A DNA stretch of 64,000 bases, from the NCBI RefSeq assembly GCF_030144855.1, contig NC_082716.1, positions 67,952,001 to 68,016,000 of the forward strand, written 5' to 3'. The notes beneath the pieces are model-generated. The model was given only the letters and a program-made list of their open reading frames with translations. It ran no database searches and was not told the origin of the DNA. The stretch comes from Hypanus sabinus (taxonomy: Eukaryota). Shown here in pieces: positions 46,201-59,499 of the stretch (position 1 is its first letter; every line of letters begins with the position of its first letter). A program made the translations under genes and the position numbers.

Positions 46201-47479
46201 CCCGATTTTTTGTGTGATGAAGAGCATTTTACTTTGTTGGTTATCTGTTAAGGCCCCTAGACTTTTTGGTTGGTGTAAATTAATCATGTAATACATTCCT
46301 TTGGACTTTTTGACACGTATAGTACACTCAAAAACAAATAATTTTCATAAAACATGGCAACTTTTTCTGCAGTAAAACTTGTCTGCTATACTAATAAGGA
46401 CTTTTGTATAGGATGTTGTGATGTCTATATTTTGATGGAAGTGTTCTGATAGCTGATATCTGTGAGGGGAAGAAATGTAAATGGAAATGTATCTGGAAGT
46501 TGAAGGTTCTGTTATGCTGAGCAAAAAAATTATTTAAAAAATTTAAAAAAAAGAAAGGCAACAAATTTCCTGGCTTCAGATATCATCCATTAACACTGGA
46601 GATTCCAAAGTCAATATTTAAATAATATTCAAACTGAGGGTAGGCAACAAAATAATAGACAGACCAAAGCTCCTGTGAATTGAAATCTCCAGATGCTCTA
46701 GATTTCATTGTTGATGAAAATTCATGGAAACTCCAAGTTCTTAATTTCACTTGTGTTTATAAAGGAAAGTAGGTGTAATGTTGAACTGAATTACCTCATG
46801 ATTTATCTCAGCTACATTTTGTCCAAAACTTCAGTTTCCTTGCAAAATACAGGAAATCTGTTAAGCAAAATTACCCATTATAGAAATGTTTTCTCCGAAA
46901 ACGAATCCTGTTCCATGTATGTCAGCACTGCTCTCCAAAATTATTTTTTTTAGACTACTCAAACAGAAGTCTATCAGAAAGTTATAACAAAGGAAAGGAA
47001 TGTCATTTAGGAGTAACTACCAGTTTTAGAATCTCTCTACATCAAAGACTGCTGGTTGAATGAAAGCAGCATGAGAACATAAAACACTTCCAGACAGAAC
47101 TTGAAATGAGATTTAAAAATATACTGGGGGTTATATACATGTCTGCTTTTTGATACTGTCCACTTACAATGCCTTAAAAAAAGTATTCACCCCCCTTGGA
47201 AGTTTACATGTTTTATTATGTTACAACAATGAATCACAGTGGATTTAATTTGGCTTTCTTGACACCGATCAACAGAAAAAGACTCTTTCATATCAAAGTG
47301 AAACCAATCTCTATAAAGTGATCTAAACTGATTAGAAATATAAAACATGTGAAATAATTGATTGCATCAGTATTCACTCCCTTTAATATGATACACCAAA
47401 CCATCACTGGTGCAGTCTAATTGGCTTTGCAAGTCACGCAGTTAGTTAAATAGAGATCACCTATGTGCCGTCAAGGTGC

Positions 47480-50195
47480 TTCATTCATTCATTTTCAATC
47501 TTTTTATTGATTTTCAAATAAAGATTATACAAATCAGAGGAGGAGTTCAGCAAACAGATAATACAAAAAACATATAAACAGCAATAAAAAAACAAAGTAT
47601 AAATTGTCAAGAACAGATAAGTAAAATGTTACACTGTTATATATACAATATAGTCAAAAAAACTACAACTCCTCATAGCAATCATAAAAAAAGATTGGAA
47701 ATTTTATTTGATAAAGGAAAAAAAACCACTAACTAAACTAAAACAAAAAAAAAGGAGAAAAGAAAGGAAAATAAAGATTAGGCAGTCCAATTGAGGATAA
47801 AATTAGAAAAAAAAGAAAGAGAGAAAAAAAAATCCTTCCAGTCATCTCCAAACCTTCACGGATAACGATTTTCCCAAAAGAGAATAAAGAAAAATAAATT
47901 TTTAAAAATTAAATCATGTGAAAATATTGAATAAAGGGTTGCAAGACTTGTTCAAAATTAAAGGATGTATCAACTGTCCGGCTTCTAATTTTTTCCAAGC
48001 TTAGACATGACATAATGGAGGAGAGCCAATAAAAAACAGTAGGTGGATTAGATTCTTTCTAGTAAAGCAAGATAGCTCTCCTCGTCAATAAAGTTAAAAA
48101 GGCTATCACATGTTGAGTGGAAGTAGACACTTTGCTTGTTTCCTCTGGAATAATCCCAAAAATTGCTGTAAGTGAATTGGGTTGAACATCCACATCTATA
48201 ACTTTAGATGATATTCCAAACACATCCCTCCAAAAATTGTTTAAGCTTACACATGACCAAAACATATGAGTTAGAGTAGTCACTTCTGCGTTACATCTGC
48301 CACAAATAGGGCTTATATTAGGAAAAATATGTGCCAATTTATCTTTGGACATATGGGCCCTGTGTACTATCTTAAACTGAATTAAGTGCGCAGATAGATG
48401 AACTATTGACTAGATAATAAATTTTACTCCATTGATTATCTGAAAGTGAAAGTTGAAGTTCTACTTCCCAGATGCGTTGAACCCTCACATTAGGCAACAT
48501 GTGAGCATTCATTAACTGTTTATAAATGATAGCTATTAATAATTTTTGCAAAGGTTTAAGCTGAAAAATAACATAAGCCAAATTTAAAGAGCAGGTCAAA
48601 GGGTAAATCGGTAAAAAAATCACATATAAATTCCTAATCTGTAAGTATCTGAAAAAATGTGTATTAGAGATATCATATTTATCCATTAACTGCGAAAAGG
48701 ACATTAAACAGTCCTGTAAAAACAGATCTTAAAAAAGTTTTTATTCCCTTAATTTTCCATTAAGAAAGCCTTATCCAAAGTTGATAGTTATAAAAGAAAT
48801 TAGAATAAATATTACTAGAAAGTAGAAAATCATTTAATACAAAAAATGTATGAAACTGAAACCAGATTTTTAAAGTATGTTTAACAATAGGGTTAAGAGC
48901 TTGTCTACCTACTCTAGAGAGCGAAAACGGAAGGGGAGCTCTTAATAAAGAAGCTAACAAAAACCCTGTTACTGAATTTTCCTCCAACTGTAACCATGAA
49001 GGGTGATCTTGGTCATCTATATCATAAATCCAAAAAGTAATATAATGAATATTAATTGCCCAATAATAAAATCTAAAGTTTGGTAAAACCAGTCCTCCAT
49101 CTTTTATTGGTTTTTGCAATAAAAGTTTATTCACTCTAGAGCTTTTATTATTCCAAACATAAGACAAAATCAGAGAATCTATTTTATCAAAAAACGTTTT
49201 TGGAACAAAACAGGGAACTGCTTGAAATATATATAAAAATTTCAGTAGAATAACCATTTTTATAGCATTTATTCGACCTATCAATGACATTGACAGAGGT
49301 GACCATTTAGAAAGCACCTGTTGAGTATATTCAACTAAAGGGGAGAAATTATACCTATATAGGTCTTTAAAAATTTTAGTAATTTTGATACCAAAGTAAG
49401 TGAAATGGTTTTTGGCAATATTAAAAGGTATTTGTTCATAATAATCAGAATAATTATTAATAGGAAATAATTCACTTTTATGTAATATCCAGAAAAAAAA
49501 ACCAAATTCCATAAATATAGATAATATAAAAGGAATAGATTTCCTAGGATTTGAAATGTAAACTAATAAATCATCTGTGTATAACGAAATTTTATGTATT
49601 TTATCCCCTCTCTTAATACCCTGCACAGAATTAGAATCCCTAAGAGCAATAGCAGGTGGTTCTAAAGCCAAATTAAATAATCCTGACGGGTACCTCTATA
49701 TAATCTAAATTAAGGAGACATTTGGTTATTAGTTATAACCGTAGCTACCAGGGCCTGATAAATCAATTTAATCCAGGAAATAAATCCTGGACCAAAATTA
49801 AACCTCTTCAAAACCTGAAATAGATAAGGCCACTCCACCCTATCAAAGGCTTTCTCTGCATCCAAAGATACAATACATTCAGAATCTTTGGCTGAGCGGC
49901 AATAAATGATATTTAACAATCTTCGAATATTAAAATGTGAGTGCCAATTTTTGATAAATCCTGTTTTATCGTTCGAGATAACATTAGGCAAGATATTCTC
50001 AAGCCTATTTGCTAAAATTTTAGAGAGGATTTTAAAATCTGCATTCAATAAAGAAATAAGTCTATAGGATATACATTCCAGTGGGTCTTTTCCTTTTTTT
50101 GGAATCAATGAAATTAGTACCTCATAAAAAGTTTTACGAAGGTTCCCAGAGGATATTGAATCGGTAAACGTTTCATGAAAATGTGGTATAAGATT
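47480..50195 (-). mobile_element. 5'-truncated L1-clade LINE (RT to 3' UTR) nested in the Tc1
   Basis: ORF 49710-50237 (LISLIPKKGKDP...SLDAEKAFDRVEWPYL), ORF 48760-49671 (KISLYTDDLL), C-terminal CGRC...HMFWSC; AATAAA plus GAAT-repeat tail at about 47480-47510. Confidence 0.92.
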
Positions 50196-50237
50196 CACTT
50201 GATTGTAGTAAAATGCACCTGTATCTGAAAGGTCCAA

Positions 50238-51278
50238 ATGCTGGTGAGTCAGTATCCTGGCAAAAACTACACCGTGAAGTCAAAAGAACACTCCAAGCAA
50301 TTCCGTGAAAAGGTTATTGCAAAGCACAAGTCAGGAGATGGACACAAGAAAATTTCCAAGTCACTGAATATCCCTTGGTATGAAATAAGTCAATCATCAA
50401 GAAATGGAAAGAATATGGCGCTGCTGTAAATCTGCCTAGATAAGACTGTCCTCAAAAACAGAGTGACCGTGCAAGAAGGGCATTAATGAGGGGGGCCACC
50501 AAGACAAATCTGGAGGAGTTACAAGCTACAGTGCTTGAGATGGGAGAGACTGTGCATACAACAACTGTTGCCCGGGTTTTTCACCAGTCACAGCTTTATA
50601 GGAGAGTAGCAAAGAAAAAGCGACTGTTGAAAAAAAACTCACATGAAATCTTAGCTAGAGTTTGCCAGAACAAATGTGGGAGACTCTGAAGTCAGCTGGA
50701 AGAAGGTTCTATGATGTGATGAAACCAAAACTGAACTTTTTTTACAATCAGACTAAATGCTATGTTTGGTGTAAGCCAAACCCCACACATCATCAAAAAC
50801 AGAGCAACCCTACCGTGAAACATGGTGGTAGCTGCATCATGCTGTGGGGATGCTTCACTGCAGCAGGACCTGGAAGGTTTGTGAAGGTAGAGGGTAAATG
50901 AATGCAGCAAAATATGGGGAACTTCTGGAGAAAAACCTGATGCAGTCTGCAGAGAACTGAGACCTGGGAGAAGGTTTGTTTTCCAGCAAGATAATGACCC
51001 CAAGCATCACAGCTGCACAGGAGTGACTTAAAAACAACAAAGTTAATGTCCTAGGGTGCCCAAGACAGAGTCCAGACCTCAATCCAATTGAGAATTTGTG
51101 GCTGGACTTTAAAAGGGCTGTACACTTACGATCCCCATGCAATCTGACAGAGCTTGAGCAATTTTGTAAAGATGAGTGGGGAAAAATTGCAGCATCCAGA
51201 TGTGCAAAGCTGATAGAAACCTATCTACATAGACATTGGGCTGTAATTGCTGCCACTGGTGCATCTACTAAATACTGA
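50238..51278 (+). pseudogene. Degenerate Tc1 (DD34E) transposase
   Basis: KEHSKQFREKVI.KHKSGDG.KKISKSL; TVKHGGSCIMLWGCF; FQQDNDPKH; PRQSPDLNPIENLW; several frameshifts. Confidence 0.92.
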
Positions 51279-51789
51279 CTTGAAGAGGGTGAATAATTTT
51301 GTGTTTAATAATTATAATGAATTTAGACCAATTTGTAGAAATTTGTTTTCACTTTGACACAAAAGAGTCTCTTCCATTGATCAGTGTCAAAAAATGTCAG
51401 ATTAATTCCATTGTGATTCAATGTTGCAAAACAAAAAAACATGACAACTTCCAATGGGTGTGAATACTTTTTATAGGTATTGTAACTCTGGGGTTGTAGG
51501 CTCCAAAGCAACACAAAGTTTTTTTAAGAAACTAATGAGCCATCTGGCGAAGTAGTCTGTTACATTTCAATATCTCAGCATCCTTGACAACTTTTTATAG
51601 ATGTCCATAAGGCCATTGAATAAAAAAATAGTGCACATAATATCTTTAAAGGAAAGAAATCTTATATGGAAATCTTGCATGTCACTTCAGACTCAGGACT
51701 GGCCTAGTGAGGCATTCAGTTGTATCAATATTCTCTGTTTGTACTAATCTACATATAACATCCTGAGAAGAGAGGGTGAGTAGCCAGAA

Positions 51790-53260
51790 GTCACAGCAAA
51801 AACGAGTGGGAAATTGGATGATTGGGAAGCTTTTAAAATTTAACAAACGGCATCTAAAAAGCCTTAAGAAGGGAAAAGAAGAAATTTGTGGGCAGACTAG
51901 CCAATAATATAAAGCAGGATATCAAAAGTTTTTTTCAGTTATATAAAGAGTAAAAGGGAGTTGATATTGGACTACTGGAAAATGATGCTGGTGAGGTAGT
52001 GATGGGGGAAATAAAGAAATGACATTTGAACTTAATGGCTACTTTGCGACTGTCTTCACTAGCAGTGTGCCAGAGGTCCATGAGTGTCAGGGAGCAGGAA
52101 TGAGTGCTATTTTGCTATTACAAAGGAATAAGTGCTTGGCAAACTCAAAGGCTTATGGTGGGTAAGTCATCTAGACCAGATGGACTACATCCCAGAATCT
52201 TGAAATAGGTTGCTGAAGAGATTACAGGTACATTGGTCATGATCTTTCAAGAATCACGATTCTGGCATGGTCCTGGAGGACTGGAAGATTGCAAATGTGA
52301 CTCTTTAAGAAGGGAGGAAGGCAAAAGAAAGAAAATTATCAGCCAGTTAGCCTAACCTCAATTGTTGGGAAAGTGTTGGAGTCTATTATTAAGGATGAGG
52401 TTTCAAGGTACTTGGAGATTAATGATGAAATAAGTCAAAGTCAGCATGGTTTCTGTAAATGGAACTCTTGCCTGTCAACTCTGTTAGAGTTCTTCAAAGA
52501 AGTAACAAGAAGGGTGGACAAAGGAGAGGCAGTGGATGTCATTTACTTGGATTATCAGAAGGCATTTGATAAGGTGCCACATATGAAGAAGCTTAACAAG
52601 ATAAAATATTATGGCATTACAGGAAAAATACTGGCATGGATAGAGAAATGTCTGACAGGCAGGAGGCAGTGAGTTGGAATAAAATGGGTCTTTTCTGGTT
52701 GGCTGGCAGTGACTAGTGGTGTTCCTCAGGGGCCTCACCAGTGCCTTATAAAGACTCAGTATAACATTCTTGCTTTTATACTCTAGTCCTCTTGAAATCA
52801 ATGCTAACATGGCATTTACCTTCCACACCACCGACTCAAAGTGCTAATTAACTTTTAGGGAATCCTGCACCTCAGATTTTTGTATTTTCTCAACATTTAG
52901 AAAATATCTATGCTTTTATTTCTTCTACAAAGTGCATGGCCATACACTTCCTGGCACTGAATAGCATCTGCCAATTTTTGCCCATTCTCCTAATCTAAGT
53001 CCTTCTGCAGCCTCTCTGCTTCCTCAAATCTGCCTGCCCCTCCACCTATTTTCATATTATCCACAAAATTTGCTACAAAGCTATCAATTCTGTCATTCAA
53101 GTCATTGACATATAACGTAAAATGAAGTGGCCCCAACACTGACCCCTGTGGAACACCACTAATCACCAGCAGCCACCCAGAAAAGGCTCCCTTTACTCCC
53201 ACTCTTTGTCTCCTGCCAATCAGCCCCTGCTTTATCCATGCAAGAATCTCTGCAATAATA
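51790..53260. mobile_element. Two abutting CR1 fragments in opposite orientation (+ to about 52740, - from about 52730)
   Basis: ORF 52373-52672 (+) SQHGF...VIYLDYQKAFDKVPH; ORF 52990-53202 (-) [13 protein letters not shown]...FVDN. Confidence 0.8.
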
Positions 53261-53389
53261 CCATGAGCTCTTCACCTGTTAAACAGTTCATGTGTGGTGA
53301 TTTGAAAGGCAAATAATCCCACTAAAAACATTCTTAGTAACACTTGCTCTGGGGTAAATTGTGATAAGCTATCACCACAAACAATGAAG

Positions 53390-54345
53390 AGGTGAACAAA
53401 GGCGAAGCGAATATCAGGGATGAGCCATAGTGCTGTATCGCAAAGTCGGCACAGAGAGAGTTCGAGTGAGAGGTTCAAAGAGGAGAAGTCGAGGCAGAGT
53501 GAGTTTTGATGCCCATCCAATTAACTCAGGTGTGAGGTTGGTGAGCTCTAAGTGCCAAGCCAATTTGGAAAGTTCGAGAACGGCTTCAGGCTGGACGATG
53601 AGGCCCAGAGTGATCACTGGGTGGCGTGGTCTAGGCCTGGAGTGTTTTGCTGCATCAGGACCTGGCTCTTAATGCCCGGCACAATCCACTGTTGAGGCAG
53701 CTTAAACGCCGGCCCAGATATACTGGAAAGGCAAGGGACCAAAGGCAAGAGCATAGAAATCTACAGCACATTCCAGGCCCTTTGGGCCACAATGTTGTGC
53801 TGACCATGTAACCTACCCCAGAAACTACCTAGAATTCCCCTATTGCATACCCTGTATTTTTCTAAGCTCTATGAACCAAGGAGTCTGTTAAAAGGCCCTA
53901 TTGTATCCGCCTCCACCAATGTCGCCGGCAGTGCATTCCACACTCCCACCACTCTTGAGTCAGACTGATTTTGCTCGCTCTCGTGCAAAGTAGACTCCAT
54001 TGTCTGTGATGCTGAGGGTGTGAGACTACCCTTGCTGCTGTGCTACGTGGCGATTTGCCATGCTATTATGATGAACTGAGGTCGAGGCTTGGGTCTTCTC
54101 CAGGCTGCTCCGGGGATTTGGATCTAAGGACTCAATTTGGTTCAGAATGCTGTTGCTCATTTCTGTTGTTGGCATCATTTGTGCCTTTTCCTCTTTCTCT
54201 GCACAATGGGTGTTGGTCTCTTTTCCAACTGCGTTCTTTCGGGTTGTTTGTTCTGTGGCTGCCTGTAAGGTTGTATAATTTATACATTCTTTGATAATAA
54301 ATGTGCTTTGAATGATTGACCTATGAATCTTTGAAACTTTGACCA
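53390..54345 (+). mobile_element. Non-coding retroposed element with a Rex1-like tail, containing a CR1 3' insert (about 53750-53960, minus strand)
   Basis: Ends TTCTTTGATAATAAATGTGCTTTGAA...CTTTGAAACTTTGA. Confidence 0.5.
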
Positions 54346-54719
54346 ATTACATCTCATTAGTCCACACTAAATCACTGTTTACCAATTAGGGTCACTGGGT
54401 GTCAGGCCTCATTACAGTGTTCTTTCAAATTTAGCAAACAACAGAATTGCAGCGGAAGTGAAACTGGAATTAGTTCATTGTTGTTGTATGTACTGAGTTA
54501 CAGTGCAAAACTTGTCTGGCATGAAATTCACATAGAACATTTCATTATTGCAACAGTGCATCAAGGCAGTGCAAGGTAAAGAAATAACAGAAAGTGTAAC
54601 AACTACTGATGAAGTACAATACAGCTGGACAAAAATGTGTAAGGATATAAGAAGTAAACTATCATACTCACATATCGAACTTCCAGTAATTGCCCCCCTT
54701 CTCCTTCACCATTTCCCAT

Positions 54720-55470
54720 TAGTAATGATCTTTCAAAAATCATTGGACTCTGGCATGCTGCCAGTTAACTAGAAAATTGCAAATGTCACTCCACTCTTGA
54801 AGAGAGGAAATTATAGACCAGTTAGCCTGACCTCAGTGGTTGGGACGATGTTGGAGTCATTTGTTAAGTATATGGTGTCACAGGACAAAATAGGACAAAG
54901 TCAGCATGGTTTCCTTAAGGGAAAATCTTGCCTGATGAACCTGTTGGAATTCTTTGAGGAGATTACAAGTAGGATAGATAAAGGGGATGCAGTGGATGTT
55001 GTATATCTGGACTTTCAGAAGACCTTTGACAAGGTGCCACACCAAGTTAAGAGCCCATGGTATTACAGGAAAGTTACTAACATGGTTAGAGCATTGGCTG
55101 ATTGGTAGTGGGCAGTGAGTGGGAATAAAAGGATCATTTTCTGCCAGTGACTAGTTGTGTTCCGCAGGGGTTGGTGTTGTTACTTTTTCTTTTAATGCTG
55201 TATATCAAAGATTTAGATGATGGAATAGATGGTCCGTTGCCAAGTTTAAACAAGGATGCAGAGATATTTCTTTAGCCAGAGGATGGTCAATTTCTGAAAC
55301 TTGTTACCACATGCAGCTGTGGAGGCCAGATCATTGGGTGTATTTAAGACAGAGATTGATAAGTTCATGATTGGACACGGCATCAAGGGTTACGGGGAAT
55401 AGGCTGGGGAGGAGGAGATAAGAGGACCAACTATGATTGAATGGCAGAGCAGACTCAATGGGCCAGATGG
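54720..55470 (+). mobile_element. CR1 fragments (RT and 3' end)
   Basis: ORF 54797-55108 GNYRPVSLTSVVG...YLDFQKTFDKVPH. Confidence 0.85.
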
Positions 55471-55479
55471 ACTAACTCT

Positions 55480-55860
55480 GCTCCTATGTCTTATCATCAT
55501 GGTCTTATTCCAATTTTTCTCTCTCACCTTAACCTCTTACCTGCTCACCTCCCTCTGGAGTTCATCCCCCTTCCCTTTGTTCCATGGCCTTCTGTCCTCT
55601 CCTATCAGAATTCCCCCTTCCCCAGCTCTTTATCTCTTCCACCAATTGACTTCCCACTTCTTTACCAGCCTCACCCTCTTCCAGCTTCACCTATCACCTA
55701 CTACCTTGTACTTCTTCCACTCCACCCCCACCTTCTTCCTCTGACTTCTAATCTCTTTTTTCCAGTCCTGATGTAGGGTCTCAGCCTGAAATGTCAACAA
55801 TTTTCCATAGATGCTGCCTGGCCTGCTGAGTTCCTCCAGCATTTTGTCTGTGTTACTTAT
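55480..55860 (+). mobile_element. Penelope 3' tail
   Basis: Pyrimidine-rich tract and CAGTCCTGATG.AGGGTCTCAGCCTGAAA...GCTGAGTTCCTCCAGCATTTTG. Confidence 0.75.
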
Positions 55861-56260
55861 ATATATTATACTTATCAATAGAAGCTGCCTTTGAACTTGG
55901 TGAACTGTGCTTTCAGGCTTTTGTATCTTCTGCTCGATGGGAAAGGGGGGAAGGTGAATGTCTAGGGTGGATGGGAAATTTCATTATGCTGGCTACTTTA
56001 CAGAGGCAGCAAAAATTATTGACCAAGTCATGGAGGGAGGGTGTGCTGAGCTGTGCCCACAACTCTCTGCAGTTTCCTGTGATCGTGGCCAGACCAGTTG
56101 TCATACCAAGCTGTATGCATCTGGACTGGACACTTTCTATGATGCATCAATATAAGTTGGTGAGTATCAAAGGAAACATGCCAAAGGGTGAAAAGAAACA
56201 TTTCTTTCCCCTTCTGAGGAAGCAGAGAAACTGATGAGCTATGGCAACAATGTGGAGGTG
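55860..56260 (-). mobile_element. Rex1/Babar 3' fragment
   Basis: CTAWYDNWSGHDHRKLQRVVGTAQH; homologous to 39760-39990. Confidence 0.7.
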
Positions 56261-56279
56261 TGAATGACTGCTCCTGACA

Positions 56280-56725
56280 GACACTCAGTGGACACTTTAT
56301 TAGGTACATCTGCTCATCAATGGAAATATCTAATCACCAATCATCTAGCAGTAACTCAGTGCATGCAGACATGGTCAAGATGTTCAGTTGCTGTTCATAC
56401 AAACATCAGAATGGGGAAGAAGTGTGATCTGTGCACACCACAGACTCTACAGTTTAGAGGAAAGGGTGAGAAAACTTTAAAAAAAACACGCAGTGAGCAG
56501 CAGTTCTGACAACGAAAATGACTTGTTAATGTGGGAGGTCAGAGGAGAATGGCCAGACTGTTTCAAGCTGACAGAAAGGCAACTGTAAGTCAAGTAACCA
56601 CGAGTTACGACTGTGCTGTGTAGAAGAGATCTCCGAAAGCACAACATGTTGAAAGTTAAAGTAGATGAACAACAGAAGCAGAAGATACACTCAGTGGCCA
56701 CTTTATTAGGTACAGGAGGTAAAAG
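56280..56725 (+). mobile_element. Tc1-derived non-autonomous element with an N-terminal transposase remnant
   Basis: CACTCAGTGG.CACTTTATTAGGTACA at about 56282 and again at about 56688; remnant MGKKCDL...GQRRMARLFQADRKATV. Confidence 0.7.
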
Positions 56726-56899
56726 CAAGTTCAAGTTTATGGTGTAAGACTTACTTACCCAGGGTAGAAATGCCATGAATATTAATGTTTTACACAGTAT
56801 ATTACAAACATGACAAATATAAATTGAAGTTAATAGTAATTATTCATAAATTAAATAAGAAAATAAAAGAAAAATTATTGTGCTTGATTATGGTATCAG

Positions 56900-58630
56900 G
56901 AGCATTAGAAACATAGGAAACCTACAGCACAATACAGGCCCTTCGGCCCACAAAGCTGTAGTGAACATGTCCCTACCTTAGAACTAACTAGGCTTTACCA
57001 ATAGCCCTCTATTCTTCTAAGCCATTCAGGAGACTCTAAAAAGACCCTATCCTTTCTACCCTCACCACCGCCGCTGGCAGCCCATTCCATGCCCTCACCA
57101 CTCTCTGCGTAAAAAACTTACCCCTGACGTCTCCTCTGTACCTACTTCCAAGCACCTTAAAACTGTGCCCTCTCGTGCTAGCCATTTCAGCCCTGGGGAA
57201 AAGCCTCTGACTATCCACAAAATCAATGCCTCTCATTATGCTCCCCAATCCAGGCAGCATCCTTGTAAATCTCCTCTGCACCCTTTCTATGGTTTCCACA
57301 TCCTTCCTGTAGTGAGGCAACCAGAATTGAGCACAGTACTCCTGGTGGGATCTGACCAGAGTCCCATACAGCTGCAACATCACCTCTTGGCTCTTAAACT
57401 CAATCCCATGATTGATGAAGGCCAATACGCCATATGCCTTCTTAACCACAGAATCAACCTGCGTAGCAGCTTTGAATGTCCTATGGATTCGGACTCCCAA
57501 GATCCCTCTGATCCTCCACACTGCCAAGAGTCTTACCATTAATATTATATTCCGCTATCATATTTGACCTACTAAAATGAACCACCTCACACTTATCTGG
57601 GTTGAACTCCATCTGCCACTTCTCAGCCCAGTTTTGCATCCTATCAATGTCCAGTTGTAACGTCTGACAGCCCTCCACACTATCCACAACACACCCAACC
57701 TTTGTGTCATCAGCAAACTTACTAACCCATTCCTCCACTTCCTCATCCAGGTAATTTATATAATTTTCAAAGCAGGGGTCCCAGAATAGATCCCTGAGGC
57801 ACACCACTGGTCACCAACCTCCATGCAGAATATGACCCGTCTACAACCACTCTTTGCCTACTGTGGGCAAGCCAGTCCTGGATCCACAAAGCAATGTCTC
57901 CTTGGATCCCATGCCTCCTTACTTTCTCAAGAAGCCTTGCATGGGGTACCTTATCAAATGCCTTGCGAGAATCCATATACACTACATCTATGGCTCTACC
58001 TTTATCAATGTGTTTAGTCACATCCTCAAAAAATTCAATCTGGCTCATAAGGCTCTACCTGCCTTTGACAAATCCATGTGGACTATTCCTAATCATATTA
58101 CGCCTCTCCAAATATTCATAAATCCTGCCTCTCAGGATCTTCCCCATCGACTTACCAACCACTGAAGTAAGATTCACCGGCCTATAATTTCCTGGGCTAT
58201 CCCTACCCCCTTTCTTAAATAAGGGAACAACATCTGCAATCCTCCAGTCCTCCAGAAACTTTCCCATCCCCAATGATCATGCAAAGATTATCACCAGAGG
58301 CACAGCAATCTCCTCCCTCTCCTACCTTCAATAGCCTGGGGTATATCTCATCCAGTCCCAGTGACTTATCCAACTTGATACTTTCCAAAAGCTCCAGCAC
58401 ATCCTCTTCCTTAATATCTACATGTTCAAGCTTTTCAGTCCACTGCAAGTCATCCCTACAATTGCCAAAATCCTTTTCTGTAGTGAATACTGAGTATTAA
58501 TTAAGTACCTCCGCTATTTCGTCCGGTTCCATACACACTTTTCCACTGTCACACTTGATTGGTCCTATTCTCTCACATCTTATCTTCTTGCTCTTCACAT
58601 ACTGTAGAATACCTTGGGGTTTTCCTTAAT
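56900..58630 (-). mobile_element. CR1 LINE 3' half, moderately degenerate
   Basis: ORFs 57036-57539, 57481-57807 (KFADDTKVG), 57767-58048 (GVPQGSILGPLL), 58055-58273 (NYRPVNLTSVVGK). Confidence 0.92.
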
Positions 58631-59499
58631 CTTGTCCGCCAAGGCCTTAGGGAAAACAAAAGCAATGGGTATCAACCAGAAGACTTTTCATTGTCTGAAG
58701 TAATAATTAGCAAAAAGGAAGATGGCTTCTGGAGAGTATTGATGAAACTCAACAACATCTATGACAAAACAACCCATTTGAGTGGCACCACCTTCTCCAC
58801 TCTAAGCATCTTCATCCTGCACTGCCATCACAGCAAGATGAAAGAATCCCATCCATGAAATGAGCTGCAGAAACTCACTAAAGCTTTTTAACACTTCGGC
58901 CCAAGCCTGCAACTTCTGCTGCTTCAAAGGATAAGGGCAGCAGATGCACAGGAATGCAACTCCCTTCCAAGACACACAATACCCTGACTTGTTGTGACTT
59001 TGTCTTTGCTGTATCCAGATCTTGAAGCTTTCTATCCCACAGTGCACATGGGATAGGAAGTGCAGGTGACCACTTACCAACTACATTCAGGATGGAGAAT
59101 ACACCTCAGCCTTCCCAGAGCTACCAATGTCTGGTAAAAATGTATTTAAAATACTAGAAATGTATGGCATTTGTACAAAGTTGCAAGAAAAATGAGTATT
59201 AAAATATACGCCATACCACTGCCTCTCTACATGGCATTTTTGGGCTGTAATTTTTCCTTTATTTCTTGATTTCTGTTGGGCAATGCAGCAGTTATGAGGC
59301 AAACTGAGCTATCACAACATCTGATGAAATCTGATGGAGCGGGAGATCGCAAAGAGAGTTGGAGACTTTGTTGTGGAGTTTACACTCTAGTTTCAAAGAG
59401 TGGGTGGAGCCCATTGAAGCTTGTCTGTGGATCAGGAAGTTGCTTGAGTTATTAGTAACTTTGCAAGGGCTAATAAAAGTAGTGAGATGTAAGCAGAGT

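Larger units (their letters stand above)
47167..51482 (+). mobile_element. Tc1-family transposon with long IR/DR-type TIRs and TA TSD, interrupted by an L1
   Basis: TA|CAATGCCTT...AGTATTCACCCC at the left end and TGAATACTTTTTATAGGTATTG|TA at the right; about 200-bp imperfect TIRs with inner direct repeats at about 47369 and 51285. Confidence 0.92.
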
